IMG/VR virus record: IMGVR_UViG_3300031355_000002
Coordinates: 1-55,200 of that record
Origin: a virus
Taxonomy: Duplodnaviria > Caudoviricetes
Strand: one strand, 5' to 3'
DNA: 55,200 nt
Of this stretch, positions 27,168 to 35,886 are shown one piece after another. The position numbers and the translations under genes were made by a program. Numbering within the stretch: position 1 is the first letter of the stretch; every line of letters starts with the position of its first letter. Under the pieces are notes generated by a model. The model was not told where the DNA came from. It saw only the letters and a program-made list of their open reading frames with translations, and did not search any database.

Positions 27168-27307
27168 TGGGCATTGGAACTGGAATCGCAATCGCGGGCA
27201 TCTGGATTGGTGCGGGGATTGCCTGTCTCAATGATTACTTCGGTGAGTACAAGTGGGCAATCCTCTTCTTCGCGTCCCTCGGCACATTGATAGTGGCGGT
27301 GCTATAA
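27167..27307 (+). CDS. Small two-TM membrane protein
   Basis: MGIGTGIAIAGIWIG...; TAATG overlaps at both ends. Confidence 0.6.
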   Translation: MGIGTGIAIAGIWIGAGIACLNDYFGEYKWAILFFASLGTLIVAVL

Positions 27308-27501
27308 TGCAGGAATTCAAAGACGACTACCCAGAGAACACACCACCCAAGACGGTGTGGACATGCCGAGACTGGTACTTCGATGAACCGACGAAGCTCA
27401 CAAAGCGGGATGTCGAAGAGACCGAGTGTTCAACTTGCTCTGACAGAGCCGAGTGCAAGGGACCGGTTGAGTACCAGTTGAAAGAAGTTGATGATGCCTG
27501 A
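27307..27501 (+). CDS. Hypothetical Cys-rich protein
   Basis: Start adjusted to MQEFK. Confidence 0.55.
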   Translation: MQEFKDDYPENTPPKTVWTCRDWYFDEPTKLTKRDVEETECSTCSDRAECKGPVEYQLKEVDDA

Positions 27502-27733
27502 GAAGCTACCGGTCGGCACACGGATCCGGTTCCTGCGGGAACTATCACAAGGCCCCACCGGCGATACGCCAGCATTCCTGTTCGCTCCGAAGGGTGGGCT
27601 GGGAACAGTGGTCGAGGATCCGCGTGGTTGTTGGGAGGGTCATATGGTCAAGTGGGACGGGTTCCACCGACCATTTGGTGCGCAACTCGGCGTGGAGTTT
27701 GAAGTGCTGTCAGTTGATAAGGATGGTAAGTAA
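27488..27733 (+). CDS. SH3-like small protein
   Basis: LPVGTRIRF...GGLGTVVE...VKWDG. Confidence 0.6.
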   Translation: MMMPEKLPVGTRIRFLRELSQGPTGDTPAFLFAPKGGLGTVVEDPRGCWEGHMVKWDGFHRPFGAQLGVEFEVLSVDKDGK

Positions 27734-27927
27734 TGAAAGTCGAGGTTCTATTCCATTCGAGCTCAACACCGAAGATCATCAAAGATGCGGTATCCGTCTA
27801 CACCAAGGGTCTCTTCGTTTGTGTGCAGAAGAAGTCGGGGCTAATACTAAAATGGCCAGAGTCTAACGTGTTCCAGGTAGCACACATGCATGGAATGCAC
27901 GAAGGATCTTCGATGGGAGGTCGTTAA
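27733..27927 (+). CDS. Hypothetical protein
   Basis: TAATG overlap. Confidence 0.6.
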   Translation: MKVEVLFHSSSTPKIIKDAVSVYTKGLFVCVQKKSGLILKWPESNVFQVAHMHGMHEGSSMGGR

Positions 27928-28241
27928 TGGGCTGGGGCAACTCGAAGTGCCAGGGATGCAGTCAGAAGGAAGAGAAGATCGCAGAACTGCAGAAACAAAC
28001 CAGGATATCCGAGGCCCATTGCATAGAGCTAGGTGAGAAGGTCAAGAAGTTGGAACGCGGCATCCAGAAGCGTGACGGGCACATGCTCAAATGTCCAGAA
28101 AGCAAGAGACGTAGACGACTTGAAGAGATCAACAAGAAACTGATAGAGGCCTTGGAAGAAGCAGTATACGCAGCAACACACAACACATGCACAAATCGCG
28201 TCAAGTGGCAAGCTGTAATTGCCAGGGCCAAAAGAAAGTAG
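27927..28241 (+). CDS. CxxC + coiled-coil protein (KVKELE family)
   Basis: CQGC, KIAELQ, EKVKKLE. Confidence 0.6.
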   Translation: MGWGNSKCQGCSQKEEKIAELQKQTRISEAHCIELGEKVKKLERGIQKRDGHMLKCPESKRRRRLEEINKKLIEALEEAVYAATHNTCTNRVKWQAVIARAKRK

Positions 28242-28264
28242 ACCACTAGTCAACCAGGAGGTAA

Positions 28265-29263
28265 GTGATGGCACTCGGGAATGATGACTATATCGACAGG
28301 TTGGAACGCAAGTGCAAGAAGCTGGAGCAGAAGCTAAACCTCGCAGAAGCAAAGACATCCAAGGTTGAAGTTGAGCTGTCTGACAGGCTCGTGAAGTTCG
28401 ACCAGATGGCCGACGACTTCAAGAAGGATGCCGACAAGGCCGAGTTCAAAGCTATAACACTACAGCAAAGGCTGTACGAAATAGCAGACGAACGCGATAG
28501 TTGGTGCAAGATAGCCAAGAGACTAGAAACAGAAAAGCAGCAGTTAGAGGCCGAACTAGAGAAACAGATGACAGAGGTCGCCAAAGCTGATGCATTAGAG
28601 GCCGAGACAGCATCACGCGAGGTGGACGCTATAGCTCGTGCCGAAGCTGCCGAGGCCACAGTGCGGACCATGTCTGCGAAGATCGAGGAACTAGAGAAAA
28701 CTCAGAAACGCCTTATGAGCGAACGAGTACGGCTAGCAGGACTTGCAGAGAAGGCCGAGGTAAAGATCGAGGAGTTGCATCAGAAGCTCCTGTCACACGC
28801 ACAACAAGAGCATCCTCACGAATACGAGGAGTTGGTCGAGGTACTGCACCGTGAGGAAACGCTTAAGGCCAAGGTCAAGGAGTTGGAGCAGCGGCTATTA
28901 CTCATTCCACCCAAGTTTGCGCCCACCGTATCAACTGTGGCTGGCCTGATTGCGGAAGCGGAGAAGATCGACAAACGCAATGTGGAACTGGATGCCAAGG
29001 TAACGGAGCTGGAGGACGATTTTCGCCGCATCAGCAATGAGTGCGACACGCAACAGGCCCGGGCAGAGGATGCAGAGCAACGCGCCGAGAAGGCCGAGGC
29101 CGAGCTGAAGCAATCCAACGATACCATTGAAGGAATGCAGACCGAGATCGAAGGATACGGGGCCAAGGTCAAGGAGTTGGGGGCACTGCTGGAGCGGTCG
29201 GGTGCATCTGAGCAGGCTTCTACTTCCCCAGACAAGGAGGCAGACAATGCTTCGGATCAGTGA
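28265..29263 (+). CDS. Long coiled-coil protein with repeated (R)AEKAE/AKVKELE units
   Basis: 332 aa heptad pattern; AGGAGG RBS. Confidence 0.7.
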   Translation: MMALGNDDYIDRLERKCKKLEQKLNLAEAKTSKVEVELSDRLVKFDQMADDFKKDADKAEFKAITLQQRLYEIADERDSWCKIAKRLETEKQQLEAELEKQMTEVAKADALEAETASREVDAIARAEAAEATVRTMSAKIEELEKTQKRLMSERVRLAGLAEKAEVKIEELHQKLLSHAQQEHPHEYEELVEVLHREETLKAKVKELEQRLLLIPPKFAPTVSTVAGLIAEAEKIDKRNVELDAKVTELEDDFRRISNECDTQQARAEDAEQRAEKAEAELKQSNDTIEGMQTEIEGYGAKVKELGALLERSGASEQASTSPDKEADNASDQ

Positions 29264-29774
29264 GATCAAGCGGCTTATGAAGATCAAGCAAGCTGTTGGC
29301 GCTCCGTTTGAACATAACAGGGCCGACAGCACCAGATCGAAGGACGACCAGAAATGCCGCAAGTGCGGGAAGACTGGTCATTCACTTGACGAGTTTCTTT
29401 CACCGTACGACGGTCTCTGTGCAGAATGTTCTCCAAACTCTGCCACCAACGTAAGGAAGCGCATCGAAAAGGCTTCTACTTCCCCCTCCGAGGAGGTAGA
29501 CGATGCCACTGAATGACGACCTCGCCGAACTGAGGCTGTATGTCGAAATGCGATTGAGCAAGGCAGAGAGTTACGTCAGCGAAAGCGAACGTGGGCAAAA
29601 CCGCAGGAACGGATGGGAGAAGTGGCACCGTCACAATCTCCCAAAGCGCGAGATGGCGCGGGATAAGTGGCTGCGGATACGAAACGGTATCGACGCCTTG
29701 CTTCGGAGCCAGAGTGCCGAGAAGTCATTCTGCCCGAAATGCACGTCGAAAAGTGCATCTGATAAGGCTTCTAC
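29202..29774 (+). repeat. Gene-end junction repeat (gcatc..aggcttctac[ttcccc]) in three consecutive genes
   Basis: aggcttctacttcccc exact at 29214 and 29470; gtgcatctgaNNaggcttctac at 29202 and 29753. Confidence 0.85.
29247..29516 (+). CDS. Zn-finger small protein
   Basis: Start adjusted to MLRISE after AAGGAGG; CRKC...CAEC. Confidence 0.65.
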   Translation: MLRISEIKRLMKIKQAVGAPFEHNRADSTRSKDDQKCRKCGKTGHSLDEFLSPYDGLCAECSPNSATNVRKRIEKASTSPSEEVDDATE

Positions 29775-29793
29775 CGGTAACAGGGGTGAGTGA
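29503..29793 (+). CDS. Hypothetical protein
   Basis: AGGAGG RBS. Confidence 0.6.
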   Translation: MPLNDDLAELRLYVEMRLSKAESYVSESERGQNRRNGWEKWHRHNLPKREMARDKWLRIRNGIDALLRSQSAEKSFCPKCTSKSASDKASTGNRGE

Positions 29794-30230
29794 TGGATCA
29801 AGAGCTACTGAAAAGGCTTGGCAAAGAGCATTGTGCACTATGCGGCCGAGGCCCCAAGCCGCCCGGCTACTGGCTAGAGCTTCAGCAAGATCCTCTGGTT
29901 CCGGGTCAGTGGATATGTGGTGCATGTGGCAGCAAGACGGAATTGCGTAAGGCCCAGAAGTGCATCGCGGAGTTGGAAGCGAAGTTGGCCGAAGCGGACT
30001 CTGCTAATGGAGCGTTGATGGCAATGCGCGACCGAGCAGAGAACAAGGTCAAGGAGTTGCAGAAGCGCGTCTTGGAGTTGGAGTCCGAGCGTAAACTAGA
30101 GGCCGATGGTAGCGAAGATTTGAATCGCGCCGAGACCGCATTTGCTCTCGTAGCCGGCCTCCGAGCCAAGGTCAAGGAGTTGGAGGCAGCGCTAGACGAG
30201 AAACAGAAGCAGAGGAGGATGAGTGATTAA
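29790..30230 (+). CDS. Zn ribbon + coiled coil (KVKELE family)
   Basis: CALC...CGAC; IAELEA; two KVKEL units. Confidence 0.65.
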   Translation: MMDQELLKRLGKEHCALCGRGPKPPGYWLELQQDPLVPGQWICGACGSKTELRKAQKCIAELEAKLAEADSANGALMAMRDRAENKVKELQKRVLELESERKLEADGSEDLNRAETAFALVAGLRAKVKELEAALDEKQKQRRMSD

Positions 30231-30477
30231 CCTACCGAAGCCAAAGACGTGTTGCGCGATTGGCAGCTATGACCACACGGTGCCAACGGTAGTGGCGGGG
30301 CGGGTGCACGGTGTGGACCTCTGCATTTCGGACATAGTGGCCGCGCTGAATGCGGCGAACATCGAAACGATTGGGTCGTGCTGTGGACACGGTACGCAGC
30401 GCGGATACGTGCAGCTTGCAGACGGCAGGATGCTGCTAGTAGACATACAATCAGATGGCAATGCGGAGGTGGAATAA
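30223..30477 (+). CDS. Conserved phage protein with SCCGHG motif (TYW3-like motif)
   Basis: DLCISDIVAALN.ANIET.GSCCGHG. Confidence 0.65.
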   Translation: MINLPKPKTCCAIGSYDHTVPTVVAGRVHGVDLCISDIVAALNAANIETIGSCCGHGTQRGYVQLADGRMLLVDIQSDGNAEVE

Positions 30478-30788
30478 TGGGCCGCGTAGGTACTATCAGG
30501 GACGTTAAGCGGATGTTGGCGCTGGACGCGGAAATCGCTGCGCTGCAGAAGAAGCAACGGGCGCTGTACGAATCCATAGATGGCTGGAAACCGCCAGCAA
30601 AGTTGCGGCCCATGATGCCAGAGGACGTCAAGGTCGGACAAATCTACTGGGGCCATGTCGATGACCCAGAGGAATGCTACTGGAACGAGATCGCAGAGAT
30701 CATCGGTAGGCCAGATGACGAGTTCAAGGCATGGTGCGCTGCAGACGGCTGCCGGTACGGGATCTGGGAGAAGTGGGTCCAGGTCTAG
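30477..30788 (+). CDS. Hypothetical protein
   Basis: Start adjusted to MGRVG after GGAGG. Confidence 0.6.
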   Translation: MGRVGTIRDVKRMLALDAEIAALQKKQRALYESIDGWKPPAKLRPMMPEDVKVGQIYWGHVDDPEECYWNEIAEIIGRPDDEFKAWCAADGCRYGIWEKWVQV

Positions 30789-30806
30789 CTGAAAGATTAT
30801 CAGGGG

Positions 30807-31005
30807 GCAGCGAGTGACATGGAATGGCGGCGCCGGGCAACCGGCTGACTACAGCGTAGGGGGCACGACGTGGCGACAAGTGGCTATGACACACAGAGGC
30901 CCGAAGCCCAGGACACCCGTTGCAGCTTGATATCTGCACGCAGTCGCCACCATCGCGTGGGCACGCCCTGCCGCCAGGCCGCTGGTCGTTGCGGAAGGAC
31001 AACGA
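30807..31005 (+). ncRNA. Candidate structured RNA / cis-regulatory leader
   Basis: Three nested long-range helices plus a GCAA-tetraloop hairpin in a 220-nt gap. Confidence 0.45.
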
Positions 31006-31009
31006 AGGT

Positions 31010-31252
31010 ATGAGTTACGCGGACGACATCAGCAGGGCCGATGCCATATCGAAGTCTGAGGACTGCTGTGACCGAGCGCTGCAGACGCTTCGTGCCGCGG
31101 CACATCAGCTGAAGCTGGCCTGTGACGCCATGAAGGAATCAGGAATGGCGAGAACAACCGGCCTGCAAAAGGCGTTGAAGGAAGCCGGCAATATGTGCGA
31201 AGGCACACACAACCTGATCATGGACAAGCTGAGCGAGTGGGGACGGCGATGA
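31010..31252 (+). CDS. Small helical protein
   Basis: Start adjusted to MSYADD after GGAAGGA. Confidence 0.55.
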   Translation: MSYADDISRADAISKSEDCCDRALQTLRAAAHQLKLACDAMKESGMARTTGLQKALKEAGNMCEGTHNLIMDKLSEWGRR

Positions 31253-31283
31253 CCTCCGACTCCATGTCGGCAGGGGGTGAGAA

Positions 31284-31622
31284 GTGAAGTGTTCGCTATG
31301 TGGGGCACATATTAGCGGCGTTTTCGGCGCGGACTACCGGGACTCAGTTACTGGATTGCAGATCTGCCGCGGGTGCTTCACATCAACCGGCTGTAGGAAT
31401 TGCGCCGAGAAGGACAAGCGCATCGCGGAGTTGGAGGAGCGAGACCAGAAGCATATCGCGGTCGAGTTCAAGGCACAAGCGGACCTTGAGAAGGCCGAGG
31501 CTGAAGTCAAAGAGCTGAAGTCTCAGCTCAAGCACCTGGAGACGAAGCGACTCGCCCTCGCCAACAAACTGATCGACATTGCGAGGATGGCAATGGAGAT
31601 CGCCGAGAAAGAGAGGGAGTGA
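31284..31622 (+). CDS. Zn finger + coiled coil (KVKELE family)
   Basis: CSLC...CRGC..CRNC; RIAELE; EKAEAEVKEL. Confidence 0.65.
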   Translation: MKCSLCGAHISGVFGADYRDSVTGLQICRGCFTSTGCRNCAEKDKRIAELEERDQKHIAVEFKAQADLEKAEAEVKELKSQLKHLETKRLALANKLIDIARMAMEIAEKERE

Positions 31623-32095
31623 TGATTTGTGCCAACTGTGGCGGCGATGTGAGCTTGTGCGTATGCACAACTAAGCCACATGAGGAGTTTGCCAAGCGGA
31701 ACAAAGACATCCAGGAGCTAAAGGCCAAGGTCAAGGAGTTGGAGGCAGTCGTGGAGCGGAAGGACATAGAATTGATGACTGCCACGAATCCGGTTGTGCC
31801 AAAAGAAGAGTGGAAGCAGTACATTGGCGAGTGGAAGACACGCGCCGAGCGAGCCGAAGCCAAGATCAAGCGTGACGAAAAGCGCACAGTCCAGGAACAC
31901 CGTACATTCGACCACAACGAGAAGCTGCTAAAGGGGCAGCTCGAAACCAAAGACGCTCTGTTGCGTAATGCTCTCGATGACTTGAAGTACATCGTGACGT
32001 GCCTTGAGTGTATTGAGAAAGCCACGATGAAAAGCATACCGCTGGCTGACCGTTTCCGAACCACAATGGCCAATATTAAGGTAGAGATCCAATGA
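31619..32095 (+). CDS. Cys motif + coiled coil (KVKELE family)
   Basis: CANC; KAKVKELE; RAERAEAKIK. Confidence 0.65.
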   Translation: MMICANCGGDVSLCVCTTKPHEEFAKRNKDIQELKAKVKELEAVVERKDIELMTATNPVVPKEEWKQYIGEWKTRAERAEAKIKRDEKRTVQEHRTFDHNEKLLKGQLETKDALLRNALDDLKYIVTCLECIEKATMKSIPLADRFRTTMANIKVEIQ

Positions 32096-32616
32096 CACAC
32101 GAACCTGATCAAGACTTCATCGTAAGTCACGCAGCGTTGATTGCTAGCTGGACGAAGCGGAAACTCCAAGAGATAGGGTTCACTGTCTCGACCCACGACT
32201 TCGAAGACATCCTCCAAGAGGTCAAGCTCAATATATGGCGAAGACAACAGAAAAGCCAGCTCGATCCGAGATGGATTCCTAACATCGTCTGGTACGCCAT
32301 CATCGATCTCTTCCGCAAGGACCCCTGTTTCGACCGCTCGACTGGGCTGCGTAGATGGACAACCACACGACTCGAGCATCATCATCATGGTCTCCTATAC
32401 GACGAGCAAGAAAAAGTAGATGGTGTGGAAGACTTCGAACTAAGGGATCTCCTAAGCGAGGCTTTGGATCCCCGGGATTTCGTTATACTTGAAGAAGTTG
32501 CTGCTGGTCGGACACAAGCCGTAGCCGCAGAGCGGGTGGGTGTCAGCGAAGCTACAGTTTCTAACGTGATACGTAAGTGCAGAGCGTGGGCATACAGCAA
32601 GTTCAGGGTGGCCTAG
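32092..32616 (+). CDS. ECF-like RNA polymerase sigma factor
   Basis: Region 2 EDILQEV.L.IW...W...I...AIIDLFRK; region 4 HTH GRTQAVAAERVGVSEATVS. Confidence 0.8.
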   Translation: MTHEPDQDFIVSHAALIASWTKRKLQEIGFTVSTHDFEDILQEVKLNIWRRQQKSQLDPRWIPNIVWYAIIDLFRKDPCFDRSTGLRRWTTTRLEHHHHGLLYDEQEKVDGVEDFELRDLLSEALDPRDFVILEEVAAGRTQAVAAERVGVSEATVSNVIRKCRAWAYSKFRVA

Positions 32617-32617
32617 C

Positions 32618-32707
32618 ATGAGCGAAGTCGAACTCTACAGGATAATGACCATCGGCCTCATCTTAGTGGCGGCCGTCTTTCTGATTGGAGCGTGGCGGAA
32701 CAGATGA
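32618..32707 (+). CDS. 29-aa single-TM peptide (absent from ORF track)
   Basis: MSEVELYRIMTIGLILVAAVFLIGAWRNR fills the gap exactly; ATGA overlap with next gene. Confidence 0.5.
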   Translation: MSEVELYRIMTIGLILVAAVFLIGAWRNR

Positions 32708-33255
32708 TCAAGATTAAGTCAATCAACATAGAGAAAGGTGAGCTCGAGCAGGTATTCTCGATTCTGCCGAGTAGCGAGCCAGATCCTGACTGGGTATTTG
32801 TTGACTCAGCAGGCAATGAACACCGATGGGAGAAGCTGAGAAGTGGAGCCTGGCGTGTGCCAACGCTTAAGTTCGTAGAGGGCGAACCACCAAGGTGTGA
32901 ATGCTGTGACCAAATAACCGGCGAGCCCGACGCCTGGTGGGAGGCACCGACTGGCGAACGAGTAGAACTGGGAATGCGGCCGTACACAGGACCCGAGAAG
33001 GTGCACACACTTCCAGGCCTACCACCGGAAGTGTATTTCGAAGTCGAGGCAGACGAGTTGTCTGAGTTGGTGGACATAACAACCAACGAGTCGAAGCTCA
33101 TTGACCTATCGTTGTGCATTGTAGAGGGTAGCATAGATCAGAAGCTAACGGGCAGAGCTGCCGCAATCAAGTGGGCCGACTTAGATGGTGTAGTAACCGC
33201 AACGCTACTGGCCAGGGGTGCCGTTGAGAGCGAGGAGAAAACTGATGTCCAATAG
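32704..33255 (+). CDS. Hypothetical protein
   Basis: Start adjusted to MIKIK; CECCD. Confidence 0.6.
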   Translation: MIKIKSINIEKGELEQVFSILPSSEPDPDWVFVDSAGNEHRWEKLRSGAWRVPTLKFVEGEPPRCECCDQITGEPDAWWEAPTGERVELGMRPYTGPEKVHTLPGLPPEVYFEVEADELSELVDITTNESKLIDLSLCIVEGSIDQKLTGRAAAIKWADLDGVVTATLLARGAVESEEKTDVQ

Positions 33256-33679
33256 GGAACTGACTCCTCGGGAAGCCGAACTGTTCGAGCTGCTGATGGT
33301 CAGAAGTGGGCAGATTGAAGCATTGAAGAAAGCCCACAAACAACACTGCCGAGATATGCAGGACTCCATTGACCGGGAGGTTGGGTATACTCAGGTTGCC
33401 CGTAACAGACTCGCAAAGTTCTGCCAGGAGATCGGTGTCAACCACCAGCAAGACAGCGCAATCACCGAACGTTTACGCTTGCTTCTCAACTCAGAGAGAG
33501 CGGCAAAAATTCTCAAGAAGCACCCGCCGAAAGAAGTGGTCGATGTCCTCAAGGATTGTCACACCACGTTGCAAATGCTAACACAAGGGCCAGACCAGGT
33601 CAGCGAGTACGTTGAGAAGTTGGTCAGGCAGGTCGGTGATATCGTGGAGAAAGCAGAGGAAGCTCATGCCAAGACATAG
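33245..33679 (+). CDS. Hypothetical helical protein
   Basis: GAGGAG RBS before MSNRE. Confidence 0.6.
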   Translation: MSNRELTPREAELFELLMVRSGQIEALKKAHKQHCRDMQDSIDREVGYTQVARNRLAKFCQEIGVNHQQDSAITERLRLLLNSERAAKILKKHPPKEVVDVLKDCHTTLQMLTQGPDQVSEYVEKLVRQVGDIVEKAEEAHAKT

Positions 33680-34157
33680 AAACTACCGCAAGGTACTTCA
33701 CAGAGCCCACGACTTCCGCCGGCGAGCACACGGCATTGCGGAGGAGGTGTACGGATCGAAATGGGAGAAGCTGAACGAGCGACAGCCAGGGCTCAACGGT
33801 GGTTTCGGGTATTTGGAATTACTGCTGAACGACTCGCGCTGGGCACACAGTCCATTTCTCGCGTATCGCCTGCGGTGGGAGAAGCCTTTGAAGCCATGGC
33901 GCGGGATTTCAAAGCGGGACGCCATGGTTGCGGCGTCAGTGATACAATGGCTTGGCACAAATTGTGGTAAGGCATTCATGGACGAGTGTGAGAAGGAGAT
34001 AGATCGACAGAAGAAGATCCTGCGCGCTGAAGAGAAGCGTAAGCACACGTTCAAGTATTACGCGAAAGCCATGGTGCCTGGCTGGTGGGCCGCTGTCAAG
34101 AAGAAGGAAGAAGAGTTACGCAATATCAGCAACTCATGGAGCAGGAGAACATCGTGA
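33666..34157 (+). CDS. Conserved phage hypothetical protein
   Basis: WEKLN...L..LL...RDA.VAASVIQWLGTNCG.AF pattern. Confidence 0.65.
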   Translation: MPRHRNYRKVLHRAHDFRRRAHGIAEEVYGSKWEKLNERQPGLNGGFGYLELLLNDSRWAHSPFLAYRLRWEKPLKPWRGISKRDAMVAASVIQWLGTNCGKAFMDECEKEIDRQKKILRAEEKRKHTFKYYAKAMVPGWWAAVKKKEEELRNISNSWSRRTS

Positions 34158-34408
34158 GGCCTATACCAAAGACTTCATTTCCGAAGGAAGTGCGTGGTAG
34201 AGTTGAGGCCGTCAATAAGGCCATCAGAGCTTACTCGCGTCCTGGTCATGGGGTCAATCATGAGTACCAATTAAGGACCCACGGCCGATGGCTTCCCCTG
34301 GCGGTCGACTTGGTCCGTGCTTTCGAAGACTTGTATACTGCATGTGGTTGGAAATTCAAATGGCCAAAGTACTTGGTTAAGGCAGCTAAAGATGCGGGGA
34401 TGATCTAA
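34154..34408 (+). CDS. Hypothetical protein
   Basis: GTG start after AGGAG inferred. Confidence 0.5.
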   Translation: MRPIPKTSFPKEVRGRVEAVNKAIRAYSRPGHGVNHEYQLRTHGRWLPLAVDLVRAFEDLYTACGWKFKWPKYLVKAAKDAGMI

Positions 34409-34710
34409 TGAAACCGATGCCCGAGAAGGATCGCAACTGTGGGAACTGTGCGCACCAAGCCACCATGGTCTGCGTCACGACGTGTGAGGCCAACGGTCCG
34501 GAGGACCTCGGTAGCAAGTGGGAGGAATCGAAAGCATCCCTCGAGCATCGCGCAGACACTCGCATCGAAGAACTGGAGAGCGGCATCAAGAAGTACCTGG
34601 ACATAGGCATGTGCAAGCATCCGGTGTGCGAGAATACTGATGATGATGTGGAGATCATATCATGCACCGAGCGGGGCCTGTGTGAGACGCTATACGGAAA
34701 GAAGGACTGA
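34408..34710 (+). CDS. Cys-rich hypothetical protein
   Basis: CGNC..; RIEELE. Confidence 0.6.
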   Translation: MKPMPEKDRNCGNCAHQATMVCVTTCEANGPEDLGSKWEESKASLEHRADTRIEELESGIKKYLDIGMCKHPVCENTDDDVEIISCTERGLCETLYGKKD

Positions 34711-35180
34711 TGTCAGTCAAGCGGGTCAAGCCAGTCATGTTGAAGTGTTCGACCGCGAGCTTATGCTCTCGTCCGTACGAGAGGCACAGGCATGGCTGTC
34801 CGAACTTCGGCAAGCGCAAAGGTTGCCCGCCCATTCAGCGGTGGAGGAACCACTGGATCGAAGCTCGAACGTTCATGGCCATTTGGAATGTGTTCCCATT
34901 TGGTGAGCACGTTAAGAAGATGCGCAAGGCACATCCGGACTGGAGCAAGCGTCAGGTCGAGTGCTGCTTGTATTGGCAGGGGACAGCGAGGAAGCAGCTC
35001 AGGGCCAAGGTCGACGAGTTCAAGAAGAAGCATGGCTCCAGCTGGAAGATATACTACGTACCAGAAGCATTTGGGTTGAACGTCACCGCCACCATGGCGA
35101 AGATCGGCGTTCACTTGGAGTGGCCTCCGAGGAAGGTCACATATCAAGTTGCAATCGCTGTACAGAAAAGGAGGACGTGA
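34710..35180 (+). CDS. DUF2284-like predicted metal-binding protein
   Basis: GCPNFGK..GCPP ... PEAFGLNVTAT. Confidence 0.65.
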   Translation: MSVKRVKPVMLKCSTASLCSRPYERHRHGCPNFGKRKGCPPIQRWRNHWIEARTFMAIWNVFPFGEHVKKMRKAHPDWSKRQVECCLYWQGTARKQLRAKVDEFKKKHGSSWKIYYVPEAFGLNVTATMAKIGVHLEWPPRKVTYQVAIAVQKRRT

Positions 35181-35479
35181 TGGCGAAGAAGAAGCAGGAG
35201 AAGCTGGTCGGCCCGCGGAACACGGTGAGCTGTGTGTACTGTGGCAAGCAAGTGACAAAGCGCAAGTCAATGGCGCTGGAGGCACAGCCACAGTACCGAA
35301 TCTGCTGCACTCACGTCTGCCTGATCTGTGGCCAACCGCTGCGTCCTGAAGACGCCATAAGTGCGTTGGTAAAGAAGGAAGGTGGTGAGGTAGTCGGAGA
35401 CGTTCATCGCAGTCATATATACAAGCCTTCGAAGCAGCGGAGGAGTCGGAACAAATTCACGAAGAAGAGGAGCGCATGA
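35180..35479 (+). CDS. Basic Zn-finger protein (MAKKK start)
   Basis: AGGAGG RBS; CVYCG, CCTHVCLICG. Confidence 0.6.
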   Translation: MAKKKQEKLVGPRNTVSCVYCGKQVTKRKSMALEAQPQYRICCTHVCLICGQPLRPEDAISALVKKEGGEVVGDVHRSHIYKPSKQRRSRNKFTKKRSA

Positions 35480-35886
35480 TGCCGGGATCAAAAGATTGCC
35501 TCTTGAGTCAAGAGGGTCGATGTGAATGCATTGGCCACGAGTGTCGTGGGTGTAAGAAGTTCGAAGCAACGCCAGCTGCAGAAGAACGGATCATGCGCAG
35601 TGAAGAGAAGAAGGCCTTCTTATTCTTGCTGGCTCACGATGCCGACAGCATCAGCGAGGTGGAGGTTGTTCGAGAGGGTGATGATAGTGGGTGGTATCTT
35701 CTCATACACCCCGCAGATGTTGGCGACACATGCAAGAAACCATTGGAGGATACCTTCGAGATACACGGTTACCACGTAGACGAACTCATCGAGTCTCTGC
35801 GCCACTTCTTCTATGATGAATTGCGTAAGCGGATCAAGAACACGCGGCGTCAACTCAGGGAACTTACGGAGGGGATCGATGACTAA
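35476..35886 (+). CDS. Hypothetical protein
   Basis: ATGA overlap; GAGGAG RBS. Confidence 0.6.
   Translation: MMPGSKDCLLSQEGRCECIGHECRGCKKFEATPAAEERIMRSEEKKAFLFLLAHDADSISEVEVVREGDDSGWYLLIHPADVGDTCKKPLEDTFEIHGYHVDELIESLRHFFYDELRKRIKNTRRQLRELTEGIDD

Larger units (their letters stand above)
28868..31744 (+). repeat. Dispersed intragenic repeat gccaaggtcaaggagttggag
   Basis: Exact 21-mer at 28868, 30165, 31724; 19-mer at 29162; 16-mer at 30044. Confidence 0.9.

Noticed and set aside
28868-31744. 21-nt repeats as a CRISPR array
   Set aside because: Spacing is irregular (about 120-1560 nt), all copies are in frame within genes, and no cas operon is present
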